Source: Bryobacteraceae bacterium
Lineage (GTDB): Bacteria > Acidobacteriota > Terriglobia > Bryobacterales > Bryobacteraceae
Direction of reading: 5' to 3'
Assembly: GCA_041490325.1 (NCBI GenBank)
Contig: JBGPSX010000001.1
Span: forward strand, 1-39,439
DNA length: 39,439 nt
Shown here: piece after piece, positions 1-8,427 of the stretch
Numbering within the stretch: the stretch's first letter is position 1
How the letters are laid out: each line of letters opens with the position of its first letter
Made by a program: the position numbers and the translations under genes
The notes under the pieces: model-generated
Database searches by the model: none
Seen by the model: the letters and a program-made list of their open reading frames with translations, nothing else
What the model was told of the DNA's origin: nothing

Positions 1-873
1 GTGGACACGATTGCCACAGGTGTGGCCCCGATTGCACTAGTGGTCGCGATTCAGACCTCTGGAATTTCTAAGGCGGTCCTCGAGAAGGTGCGCAAGGTCG
101 GAGCGATGATCCAGCCTCTCATCACGGGCGAGCGCGGGTGTTCGGCGGTTGTCTCGTTCTGTGAGCGCGTGGACTGGCTCCAAGATTGTACAAACAACGA
201 GGACGCGCTGATTCACGCCTTTGCACAGGTGCGTCCCGGTGAGGACAAGAGCGGACGAATGCTGGACGCCGTCCACGCGTCCATCGAAAAGCTGCGGGAG
301 CATCCCAACTCGCGCCGGGTTCTGCTGTTGATTTCCGAATCGCGGGACCGCGGCAGCGAGACGGCGCTCGAGCCTGTTGTTATGGCCTCGCAAGCCGCGG
401 GCGTGACCGTGTACGCCGCCACTTATTCGGCCTTCAAAACCGCGTTCACTACGAAGACGCGGGAGACAAAGATGCCGACAGTTCCGAAGACACCCAGCGA
501 ACAGACCGGCACGATGGACGGCGGCCCGTCTCATTGTGGTCCCGCTGGCTGCCCCAATCCTCAGATGCCTTCGGTGGACCAGCGCGGCGATCTGCTGGCC
601 GGCATCGGAGAACTCATCCGGCTCGGGAAGACCAACGACACTGAGGTGCTCACCAAGGGCACCGGCGGCACAACTCTTCCGTTCACGAGGCTGAAAGGGC
701 TTGAGGCGGCCATTCAAAAACTCAGTTCAGAACTCCACTCTCAGTACCTGCTGAGCTTCACGCCGGAGGACTACACGGCCGGATATCACAATCTCGAAGT
801 ACGGGCCGGCGCCGGTGATTATCGCGTCCGTGCGCGCCCCGGTTATTGGTCGACGCAGGCGCCCGGCCGGTAG
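1..873 (+). CDS. VWA (von Willebrand factor A) domain protein, acidobacterial VWFA-related type; 5' end cut by the window edge
   Basis: The ORF is open from base 1. It shows a VWA-like strand/helix pattern (RRVLLLISESRDRGSE, GVTVYAATYS). The C-terminal GYHNLEVR...YRVRARPGYW tail is typical of the acidobacterial VWFA-related family (TIGR03436-like, recognised from memory). Confidence 0.75.
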   Translation: MDTIATGVAPIALVVAIQTSGISKAVLEKVRKVGAMIQPLITGERGCSAVVSFCERVDWLQDCTNNEDALIHAFAQVRPGEDKSGRMLDAVHASIEKLREHPNSRRVLLLISESRDRGSETALEPVVMASQAAGVTVYAATYSAFKTAFTTKTRETKMPTVPKTPSEQTGTMDGGPSHCGPAGCPNPQMPSVDQRGDLLAGIGELIRLGKTNDTEVLTKGTGGTTLPFTRLKGLEAAIQKLSSELHSQYLLSFTPEDYTAGYHNLEVRAGAGDYRVRARPGYWSTQAPGR

Positions 874-2279
874 TTGCAAAGCCGGCGCGCGGGCGCACCA
901 CCGATTCGCTATACTGGCGGGCGTCTTTGTCCGACCCTCAGACCAACACAGAATCCACGGGATTAGTCCGCGGGATCGGGCTGCTCCAGGCCACTGCGCT
1001 CAACATGAGCAACATGGTCGGGATCGGGCCGTTCATCACCATCCCGCTCATCATCGCGTCGATGGGTGGACCGCAGTGCATGCTGGGATGGGTGCTGGGT
1101 GCGGTGCTTGCGCTGTGCGACGGGCTGGTGTGGAGCGAGCTCGCGGCGGCGATGCCGGGCACTGGCGGCACATATCTTTACCTGCGCGAAGCGTTTCGCA
1201 AAACCGGCGCCGGTGGCATTCTGCCGTTTCTGTTTATCTGGCAATTCATCTTCAGCGGACCGCTCGAGATCGCCTCAGGGTTCATCGGATTTGCGCAGTA
1301 TGTCGGATATTTCTGGCGCGATATGGGGCCGTGGGGGACGCGGCTGGTCAGCGTGGCGGTCGGCGGTCTCGTGATGACGCTGCTGTACCGGCGCATCACC
1401 GCGGTGGGTCGCTTGACGGTGGTGCTCTGGGCTGGAATGCTGGTCACCGTAGTGTGGATTGTCGCCAGTGGTCTCGCTAATTTCAACGCGAAAGTGGTTT
1501 TTGATTTTCCTCCCAACGCCTTCACCTTTTCGACCGGCTTCGTCATGGGTTTGGGCTCCGCGATGCTGATCGCGATGTACGACTTTCTGGGCTACTACGA
1601 TATTTGCTATGTCGGTGGTGAAGTGCGTCAACCGGAGCGCGTGATCCCGCGATCGATCATCTACTCTGTGCTGGCCGTGGCGGGCATTTATTCGCTGACG
1701 AATCTGAGCCTTATCGCGGTGGTACCGTGGCGCGAAGCCATGCACTCGAAGTTCATCGCTTCCGAGTTCATCGAGAAACTCTACGGGACGCGCGCGGCGT
1801 CGGTAGTCACGGTATTTGTTTTGTGGACCGCGTTCGCTTCGGTGTTTGCGCTATTGCTCGGCTACAGCCGCATTCCGTACGCCGCGGCCATTAACGGACA
1901 TTTCTTCAAGGTCTTCGCGAAGCTTCATCCATCCGGTCGATTTCCGCATGTTTCGCTATTGGTGATGGGAGTGCTGTCGATCATCGGCAGCTTCTGGACG
2001 CTCGACGCGGTCATTTCGGCGCTGCTGACGTCGCGGATTCTGATTCAGTTCATCGGGCAAATTGTTGCGCTCGACTATTTGCGCCGGCATCGATCCGAAA
2101 TCCAGCGGCCGTTCCGGATGTGGTTGTATCCTATCCCGAGCGTGATCGCGTTCATCGGTTGGACTTATATCTTCGTCACGTCGGGTTGGACCTACGTCGG
2201 CTTCGGTTTGTTGACACTGGTTGCGGGCGTGCTGGTGTATTGGTTTTCGGCGAGACGCTTTGAGGTGGGCACGGCATGA
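846..2279 (+). CDS. APC-superfamily amino acid/polyamine permease
   Basis: 477-aa polytopic membrane protein. TM1 motif ALNMSNMVGIGPFITIP matches the APC GxG signature, and about 12 hydrophobic segments are visible. The start is uncertain: only TTG codons (846 or 927) lie in frame upstream of TM1. The stop overlaps the next gene's start (ATGA at 2276-2279). Confidence 0.85.
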   Translation: MVDAGARPVVAKPARGRTTDSLYWRASLSDPQTNTESTGLVRGIGLLQATALNMSNMVGIGPFITIPLIIASMGGPQCMLGWVLGAVLALCDGLVWSELAAAMPGTGGTYLYLREAFRKTGAGGILPFLFIWQFIFSGPLEIASGFIGFAQYVGYFWRDMGPWGTRLVSVAVGGLVMTLLYRRITAVGRLTVVLWAGMLVTVVWIVASGLANFNAKVVFDFPPNAFTFSTGFVMGLGSAMLIAMYDFLGYYDICYVGGEVRQPERVIPRSIIYSVLAVAGIYSLTNLSLIAVVPWREAMHSKFIASEFIEKLYGTRAASVVTVFVLWTAFASVFALLLGYSRIPYAAAINGHFFKVFAKLHPSGRFPHVSLLVMGVLSIIGSFWTLDAVISALLTSRILIQFIGQIVALDYLRRHRSEIQRPFRMWLYPIPSVIAFIGWTYIFVTSGWTYVGFGLLTLVAGVLVYWFSARRFEVGTA

Positions 2280-4216
2280 TCGCTATTCGCCTATTGACTG
2301 GGCTGGTGGGGCTGATTGTGGTCGGTGAAGCCGGCGTGCGCGTGGGGAGCTTTGAACAGGAGGTGAGCCGGTTCTACACGATCGCGGACGGGCTGCCTTC
2401 GAATGATGTCGCCTCGGTGGCTGTGGTGAATAGCGTGCTCTTCGTGAAGACTGCGTCGGGAGCCGCCAAGTTTTCGCAGGGCAAGTGGGTTTCAGACCCC
2501 GCGCTTGGAGTGAAGTTTTCTGAGGCGAGGCCGGTCCGAGATTCGCGAGGTAGAACGTGGTCCGTGCTTCCGGGAGCGGTGGAGTGCCGCGAAGGCCAGC
2601 GCGTGAAAGTGTACACGCCGGCCGATGGATTGCCATACGGCGATTTCACTTCGCTTGCAGCGGGTGAAGATGGTGCGGTCTGGTTTGGCACGCACAAAGG
2701 CGCGATTCGCTACGACGGCGCGACTTGGGAGTATCGGCAAGGCCTCCGCTGGCTGCCGGACGACGATGTGCGCGCTGTCGCTGTCGAGCGCAACGGTAAT
2801 GTCTGGTTCGCGACAAAGAAAGGCGTGGGACTCATCGCGCGCCGTCTGACTACGCTGGCCGAGAAGGCGAAGTTCTTCGAGGATGAGATCGACCTGCGGC
2901 ACCGGCGAACAGACTACGGGTACGTGCTGTCCGTCCGGCTGAAACGTGCGGGCGACAAGAGCGAATGGGTCCAGCACGACGCCGATAACGACGGATTATG
3001 GACGGCTATGTACGGGGCGGGGGAGTGCTACGCTTACGCCGTCAACAAGAGCGATCTGGCGAAGCAGCGAGCCAGGTCTGCATTCGAAGCGCTCTGGTTC
3101 TTGCGGGAAGTGGCGCAAGGCGGGGAGCATCCGGCGCCGCCTGGATTTGTCGCGCGAACGGTGCTTCCCGCAAGTGGCCCGGATCCCAATCGCGCGGACG
3201 GCCGCGCGCGGGACCAGCAGAAGCGCGACAAAGAAGATCACCTGTGGAAGGTGATCGAGCCGCGCTGGCCCCGGAGCGCGGATGGGAAATGGTATTGGAA
3301 ATCGGACACAAGCTCGGATGAGCTGGACGGTCACTTTTTCTTCTATGCGTTGTATTACGATCTGGTGGCGTCGACTCCAGACGAGAGGCGGCGCGTACAG
3401 GAGCAAGTAAGCGCGATCGCGAACCATCTAGTCGATCACAACTTTCAGCTTATCGATCACGACAGCAAACCAACGCGCTGGGGCGTTTTCAATCCTGAGA
3501 GTTTGAACCACGATCCGAACTGGTGGCCGGAGCGCAGCCTCAACTCGCTCTCCATACTGTCCTACCTGGCGGTTGCCGAGCACATCACCGGCGACAGTAA
3601 GTATCGCGACGCCGCGCGCAGGTTGATCGATCGGCACGCCTATGACACCAATGTGCTCATAGCGAAGACGAATGCCGGACCGGGATCGGGAAATCAATCG
3701 GACGATGAGATGGCGTTCATGGACTTCTACAACTTGATCCATTACGAAACGGATGCGGTGCTTCAGAGCAAGTATGCGCTCTCTTTCTCCAATTACTGGA
3801 CCATGGAGCGGCCTGAGCTGAATCCGTTGTTCAACTTTATGTATGCGGGCATGAATACCGGCAAACAGTTTTCGGATGCGTTCGGCGCTCGGGATCTCTC
3901 GCCGAAAGGCGAATGGCTGGGGGAGTCTATCGACACGCTGCGGCGTTATCCACTCGACCGCGTGAACTGGCGAATGACGAACAGCCATCGCAAGGACATT
4001 CGTCCATTGCGGCGCTCGGCGAGGGAAGATGGAACCGAAGGGCTGGGTTTTCGAAATAACGGCAAAGTGCTGCCGATCGACGAGCGGTTCGTCGATCAGT
4101 GGAATCATGATCCGTGGCGGCTGGACCAAGGCGGCGATGGCACGGAACTGGCGGACGGCGCCTCGTTTCTTCTGCCATACTACATGGGTCTGTACCACAA
4201 ATTCATAGAAGAATGA
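2276..4216 (+). CDS. Membrane-anchored or secreted protein with N-terminal two-component-regulator-propeller (Reg_prop-like) repeats and a C-terminal alpha-helical, possibly (alpha/alpha)6 glycoside-hydrolase-like domain; function unknown
   Basis: N-terminal hydrophobic segment MIAIRLLTGLVGLIVVG. Repeated ADGLPSNDV / ADGLPYGDF...GAVWFGTHKGAIRYDG / GNVWFATKKGVG motifs are typical of Reg_prop blades. The C-terminal domain is Trp/Tyr/Asp-rich (DELDGHFFFYALYYDL, PTRWGVFNPE). Translationally coupled on both sides. Confidence 0.7.
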   Translation: MIAIRLLTGLVGLIVVGEAGVRVGSFEQEVSRFYTIADGLPSNDVASVAVVNSVLFVKTASGAAKFSQGKWVSDPALGVKFSEARPVRDSRGRTWSVLPGAVECREGQRVKVYTPADGLPYGDFTSLAAGEDGAVWFGTHKGAIRYDGATWEYRQGLRWLPDDDVRAVAVERNGNVWFATKKGVGLIARRLTTLAEKAKFFEDEIDLRHRRTDYGYVLSVRLKRAGDKSEWVQHDADNDGLWTAMYGAGECYAYAVNKSDLAKQRARSAFEALWFLREVAQGGEHPAPPGFVARTVLPASGPDPNRADGRARDQQKRDKEDHLWKVIEPRWPRSADGKWYWKSDTSSDELDGHFFFYALYYDLVASTPDERRRVQEQVSAIANHLVDHNFQLIDHDSKPTRWGVFNPESLNHDPNWWPERSLNSLSILSYLAVAEHITGDSKYRDAARRLIDRHAYDTNVLIAKTNAGPGSGNQSDDEMAFMDFYNLIHYETDAVLQSKYALSFSNYWTMERPELNPLFNFMYAGMNTGKQFSDAFGARDLSPKGEWLGESIDTLRRYPLDRVNWRMTNSHRKDIRPLRRSAREDGTEGLGFRNNGKVLPIDERFVDQWNHDPWRLDQGGDGTELADGASFLLPYYMGLYHKFIEE

Positions 4217-5043
4217 TGCCATTCCGAATTTGCATTCCGGCATTGCTGCTGCTGATTTCAGCGGCTGGACTTGGCGCGCAACAACTGCAACTCGAGAAAT
4301 TGGAAAAGAAGACAATTCTGTTGTTCACGCCGCATCCGGACGACGATACGTTTTGCTGCGCCGGCACGCTGGCCTTGCTGGCGAAACGCGGGAACAACAT
4401 CCACATTGTCATCTACACCAATGATGACAAGGGTTCCAACGATCTCGAGATGACCAGCGAGCGTCTGGCGCGTATTCGTAAGCATGAGGAAGAAGAGGCG
4501 TGCAAGATCCTCGGGATTCCGGCGCAAAATATTCACTGGCTGCAATTTCACGACGGGATGCTGGAGTACGCGAATCCGAGGGACCTGGTTGAGCAAGTGA
4601 CCAAGATCATTCGAACCTACCGGCCCGATGCGGTTCTGTCCATCGATCCGGGTTCCGAGAATGTTCGGTGGCACAAAACGGACCATCGCATGGCCGCGAA
4701 CAATACTATCGATGCGATTCGTGCAGCCGAGTGGCATCTGTATTTCCCGAATCAACGCCTGCACGATGGTCTGGAGCCTTGGAAAGTTCCGATCGAAGCC
4801 TATTTCTACGTCACGGCCAAGGACGCCAACTACTGGGTGAACATCGACGATGTTGTGGAGCTGAAGCTTCGTGCGGCGGCGGCGCACGTGAGCCAGTTTG
4901 AGCCTGCTATCGACAAGTATCGTCCGGATTGGGATCCGAAAGATCTGGAAGTTTTGAAGACCGGGCTGCGAGCGAGGGCGACCAAGAAAGACGGCCACTA
5001 CGTTGAGGCGTTTCGCATTGCGAGCGGCTTCAACCAGCAGTGA
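4213..5043 (+). CDS. PIG-L/LmbE-family deacetylase with an N-terminal signal-like sequence
   Basis: LLFTPHPDDDTFCCAG (PIG-L metal-binding HPDD motif) and WHKTDHRMA (HxxDH-like). Signal-like N-terminus MMPFRICIPALLLLISAAGLGAQQ. I moved the start to ATG 4213, which overlaps the upstream TGA (4214-4216). The 4114-4212 extension lies inside the upstream gene. Confidence 0.85.
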   Translation: MMPFRICIPALLLLISAAGLGAQQLQLEKLEKKTILLFTPHPDDDTFCCAGTLALLAKRGNNIHIVIYTNDDKGSNDLEMTSERLARIRKHEEEEACKILGIPAQNIHWLQFHDGMLEYANPRDLVEQVTKIIRTYRPDAVLSIDPGSENVRWHKTDHRMAANNTIDAIRAAEWHLYFPNQRLHDGLEPWKVPIEAYFYVTAKDANYWVNIDDVVELKLRAAAAHVSQFEPAIDKYRPDWDPKDLEVLKTGLRARATKKDGHYVEAFRIASGFNQQ

Positions 5044-5052
5044 CGGCGCGCT

Positions 5053-6366
5053 ATGAGTGAACTGGCGATCCTGGGTGGCACACCTCTGCGACGCCGGCCC
5101 TTTGCTCCCTGGCCGCAGTATCTCGCTTCGGACTCACGACGCCTGCAGCAGGTGCTCGAGAGCCGTCACTGGGGTGGGTATCCGCTGCCGAGCCGTTACG
5201 CCGGCGAGTTCGCGGAACGATTCGCTGCTATGCACGGCGCGCGATACGGGCTCTGCCTGGCGAACGGCACCATCGCGCTGGTAGCGGCGCTGCAGGCCGC
5301 GGGCATTCGCTTCGGCGACGAGGTGATTGTGCCTGCGTACACATGGGATGGCACTGCTACCGCCGTACTGTTCGCGGGCGGCGTGCCGGTGTTCGCGGAT
5401 GTCGATCCGGATACCTATTGCCTCGACGTAGAATCGGCACGACGCGCCATTACGCCACGCACTCGTGCAATTCTCCCGGTCCATCTGGCGATGCGGTTCG
5501 CTGAAATGGACGGGCTTCTTGCGTTGGCGCAGGAACAAAATCTGAAGGTCATCGAGGATTGCGCACACGCGCACGGCGGCCAGTATCGAGGCAAGGGCGC
5601 CGGGGCGATGGGCGACCTGGGATGCTTCAGTTTCCAGGAAAGCAAGCTCATGACGGCGGGTGAAGGCGGAATCGTGATCACCTCCAGCCTGCAATACTTC
5701 GAGCACTTGCAGTCGCAGGTAAACTGCGGGCGCGCCAGCATGAGCGACGAATACAAGCAGCGTGTGCTGGGGTCGAATTACCGGATGACGGAGTTGCAGG
5801 CGGCGCTGTTGATTGGCCAGCTTGAGATGCTGCCGGAATTGGCGGCGAAGCGCGCACGAGCTTCCGCACGATTGAGCGCCGCGCTGGGTGGAATCGAGGG
5901 CGTTCGCCCGCTCGCGCAGCAAGCTGCGATCACCCGCGAGGCGATCTACTGTTACATATTCCAATATCGGCCTGAGCGGCGCCAGGTGGGCCGCGATCTG
6001 TTCGTCGCCGCGCTCGACGCCGAAGGAATCCCCTGCGACGGGCGCTTCTACGAGCCCGTGTATCGCAGCGATTTGTTCTACGCAACGCCGGAAAACTGCC
6101 CGCAGCTTTGCATCGATCGCGAGCAACCGGTTGACTACACGAGCGTCCGCTGTCCGGTTTCCGAGCGAGCGGCATATGAGGAAGCGGTATGGCTACCTCA
6201 GTTTCTACTGATCGGCGACGACCAGGATGTCGACGAGATCGCGGCAGGCGTGGCGAAAGTGATCGATCATTTGGATGAACTGGCGAATGCCGATCCGGCG
6301 CTCGCGGGCGTGAAAGCAATGAGCCGCGCCGAGCGCCCAAAGCACGATCGCGCCAAGAATTACTGA
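5053..6366 (+). CDS. DegT/DnrJ/EryC1/StrS-family PLP-dependent aminotransferase
   Basis: The start LAILGGTPLR, GTIALVAALQAAGI, VIEDCAHAHGG and FSFQESKLMTAGEGG (PLP-lysine motif) are hallmarks of the DegT family. No signal peptide. Confidence 0.9.
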   Translation: MSELAILGGTPLRRRPFAPWPQYLASDSRRLQQVLESRHWGGYPLPSRYAGEFAERFAAMHGARYGLCLANGTIALVAALQAAGIRFGDEVIVPAYTWDGTATAVLFAGGVPVFADVDPDTYCLDVESARRAITPRTRAILPVHLAMRFAEMDGLLALAQEQNLKVIEDCAHAHGGQYRGKGAGAMGDLGCFSFQESKLMTAGEGGIVITSSLQYFEHLQSQVNCGRASMSDEYKQRVLGSNYRMTELQAALLIGQLEMLPELAAKRARASARLSAALGGIEGVRPLAQQAAITREAIYCYIFQYRPERRQVGRDLFVAALDAEGIPCDGRFYEPVYRSDLFYATPENCPQLCIDREQPVDYTSVRCPVSERAAYEEAVWLPQFLLIGDDQDVDEIAAGVAKVIDHLDELANADPALAGVKAMSRAERPKHDRAKNY

Positions 6367-6381
6367 GATGAGGATTACGAA

Positions 6382-7245
6382 ATGAAAAAGCTTCTATTGC
6401 TGCTGGTTAGCGCGACCGTTCTGCTGGCGCAAGGCAACAAGATTCGCGTCATCGCGTTCGGCGCGCATCCGGACGATTGCGACATTCGTTCGGCCGGCGC
6501 CGCCGCTCTTTTTGCCAAAGAAGGCCACATCGTGAAATTCGTTTCCGTCACCAACGGCGATGCCGGGCATCAGTCGATCGGGGGCGAGTTGTTAGCTAAG
6601 CGCCGGGCCGCCGAAGCCAAGGAATCGGCGCGCCGGCTGGGCATCGAGTATGAAGTGCTGAACAACCACGACGGCCAATTGCTGCCTACGCTGGATGTCC
6701 GGATGGAGATTATCCGGCAGATCCGCCGCTGGAACGCGGACGTCGTGCTGGCGCCGCGGCCGAACGATTATCATCCGGATCATCGTTACACCGGCGTATT
6801 GGTGCAAGATGCCGCTTACATGGTCGTCGTGCCGGACCTGGCGCCCGAAGTCCCTGCGCTTCGTAAGAATCCGGTTTTTCTTTATTACGAAGATAACTTC
6901 CAGCGTCCGAATCCGTTCCGGCCTGATATCGCGGTCGCGCTGGACGACGTCATCGACAAGAAAATCGATGCGCTGGATTCGCATGTCTCACAATTCTACG
7001 AATGGCTACCGTGGGTGGATGGAAGGCTGGAGGAAGTGCCGAAGGATCCGGTGGAGCGCAAGACGTGGTTGAAGCGCACGCGCGGCGATCGCGTGATTCG
7101 GTCCAATGTTCGCGAGTCGCTGATCAAATGGTACGGTGCGAGCAAGGGCAATGCGACAAAATACTACGAGGCCTTCGAGATCTGCGAGTACGGAGCACAG
7201 CCCGACGAAGCGCGGATCCGCCAGCTATTCCCGATGCTGCATTGA
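6382..7245 (+). CDS. PIG-L/LmbE-family deacetylase with an N-terminal signal peptide (second copy)
   Basis: MKKLLLLLVSATVLLAQG signal-like N-terminus. VIAFGAHPDDCDI and DYHPDHRYTG motifs. GAGGA Shine-Dalgarno 8 nt upstream of the ATG. Confidence 0.85.
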   Translation: MKKLLLLLVSATVLLAQGNKIRVIAFGAHPDDCDIRSAGAAALFAKEGHIVKFVSVTNGDAGHQSIGGELLAKRRAAEAKESARRLGIEYEVLNNHDGQLLPTLDVRMEIIRQIRRWNADVVLAPRPNDYHPDHRYTGVLVQDAAYMVVVPDLAPEVPALRKNPVFLYYEDNFQRPNPFRPDIAVALDDVIDKKIDALDSHVSQFYEWLPWVDGRLEEVPKDPVERKTWLKRTRGDRVIRSNVRESLIKWYGASKGNATKYYEAFEICEYGAQPDEARIRQLFPMLH

Positions 7246-7248
7246 TTG

Positions 7249-7950
7249 TTATTTGATCTTCAGATCTGAGAAATAGCCGTCGGTATCCAGACCGATCCAC
7301 AGGGCGATTTGGCCGCGGCTCTTCCCCAGTCTTAGATCGTTCACGATCAGGCAGGGCTGTACGGCGTCATGGACGTAGAGGCGCGCTTGAGTTCCGGAAA
7401 CGACGATTTTGATCGGTGTCCAAACGCCCGGTTCCAGGTCGACATAGGACTCATAAACACCTGGCGTCTCGTTTCTCAATCGCTGCCAGGGAAAGTCCGG
7501 ATGTGAGATGTACTGGGTGGAGTGATTGCGCCGGAGTTGGTCGCCGGCGCGGCCGTTGGTCGGACGCAGATAAAAGCATTCGAAACGGGATGCATGGGGT
7601 TGGCTACGAAAAGCGATGCCAATGAATCCACGAGCTCCCTCCGAGGCGCCACTTTTCGGAGCGCCCGCGACCATGGCCTCAATCGTGCCGTCCTCGAAGT
7701 CCGACCCGGCGAGGATCGCGATGGCCTCCCCTCCTCCGGGTGTTCCGCTCCTCGCAGCGTCCGGAGAATCCGTCAGCCGCACCGCACGGCGGCCGCGATA
7801 TTCGCTGACCTCCGCCTTTACATTGCGCAATTCGAGGCCCTCCAATGATCGCAACGGAAACTCGCGGGCGTTCTGAGCGCAGACGCTGAGTCCAGAGCAA
7901 GCCAATAGCGCCAACAAGCGAGCGCTACTCACGTTCCATGTGGGTGTCAT
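7249..7950 (-). CDS. Secreted LamG/DUF1080-like (concanavalin-type jelly-roll) protein
   Basis: Signal-like N-terminus (ARLLALLACSGLSVCAQN). The C-terminal pattern ARLYVHDAVQPCLIVNDL...GQIALWIGLDTDGYFSDLKIK is typical of DUF1080/LamG-like domains. Its stop lies 3 nt from the convergent PIG-L stop. Confidence 0.7.
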   Translation of the reverse strand: MTPTWNVSSARLLALLACSGLSVCAQNAREFPLRSLEGLELRNVKAEVSEYRGRRAVRLTDSPDAARSGTPGGGEAIAILAGSDFEDGTIEAMVAGAPKSGASEGARGFIGIAFRSQPHASRFECFYLRPTNGRAGDQLRRNHSTQYISHPDFPWQRLRNETPGVYESYVDLEPGVWTPIKIVVSGTQARLYVHDAVQPCLIVNDLRLGKSRGQIALWIGLDTDGYFSDLKIK

Positions 7951-7956
7951 GTATCA

Positions 7957-7992
7957 GATTGACGGATGAAGTGATGATTTGTTCCGTCAATC
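7957..7992. promoter_or_regulatory. 10-bp perfect inverted repeat GATTGACGGA-N16-TCCGTCAATC in a divergent intergenic region (candidate operator or paired -35 boxes)
   Basis: Read directly: 7957-7966 is the reverse complement of 7983-7992. Each arm carries TTGACG when read toward its flanking gene. Confidence 0.3.
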
Positions 7993-8058
7993 GACGAGTA
8001 TTTGTGCATCCCGTGGAGTGGCGCAGGCATCCATAGGTTCTCAGGGAGGGTGCATGGA

Positions 8059-8361
8059 GTGATCGTCATTCTTTTTCGATCCAAGCTGACGGCGGCGGCC
8101 GGAGAAGACTATGCGCAGTGGTCGGCGGAGATGGATAGCCTGATTCGAGAGAACCCGGGTTTCGTCGCCGTAAAAAGCTTTCGAGCGGACGATGGCGAGA
8201 GGCTCACAGTGGTGTGGTTCAGCGATGCTGATTCGCTGCGCGCTTGGGCGACGCATCCCCGGCACCTCGAAGCGCAACGCCTGGGGCGGACGAAATGGTA
8301 CGAGTACTACAACATGGATGTCGCGGACATAACGCGAACGAGCGAGTTCACGCGAGCGTAA
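8059..8361 (+). CDS. Antibiotic-biosynthesis-monooxygenase (ABM) domain protein
   Basis: An approximately 100-aa ferredoxin-like protein: IVILFRSKL...PGFVAVKSF...GERLTVVWFSDADSLRAWATHPRHLEAQ. The ORF is open from TTG 8002. GTG 8059 lies 9 nt after AGGGAGG (8043-8049) and is my preferred start; GTG 8050 is an alternative. Confidence 0.75.
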   Translation: MIVILFRSKLTAAAGEDYAQWSAEMDSLIRENPGFVAVKSFRADDGERLTVVWFSDADSLRAWATHPRHLEAQRLGRTKWYEYYNMDVADITRTSEFTRA

Positions 8362-8427
8362 CAGAATACCGTCGCGCTGCGGCGCATCCTTCCGAATGGA
8401 CTGGTAACCTCGGTAGGGTGGACGTGG

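Noticed and set aside
3428-4998. Two long minus-strand ORFs (3428-4315, 295 aa; 4258-4998, 246 aa)
   Set aside because: They are antisense to the propeller-domain protein and the first PIG-L gene. Their composition is low-complexity and Arg/Val/Ile-rich, with no family features.
5134-6126. 330-aa ORF antisense to the DegT aminotransferase
   Set aside because: It is a shadow ORF of a strongly supported gene. It is Arg/Ala/Leu-rich and has no motifs.
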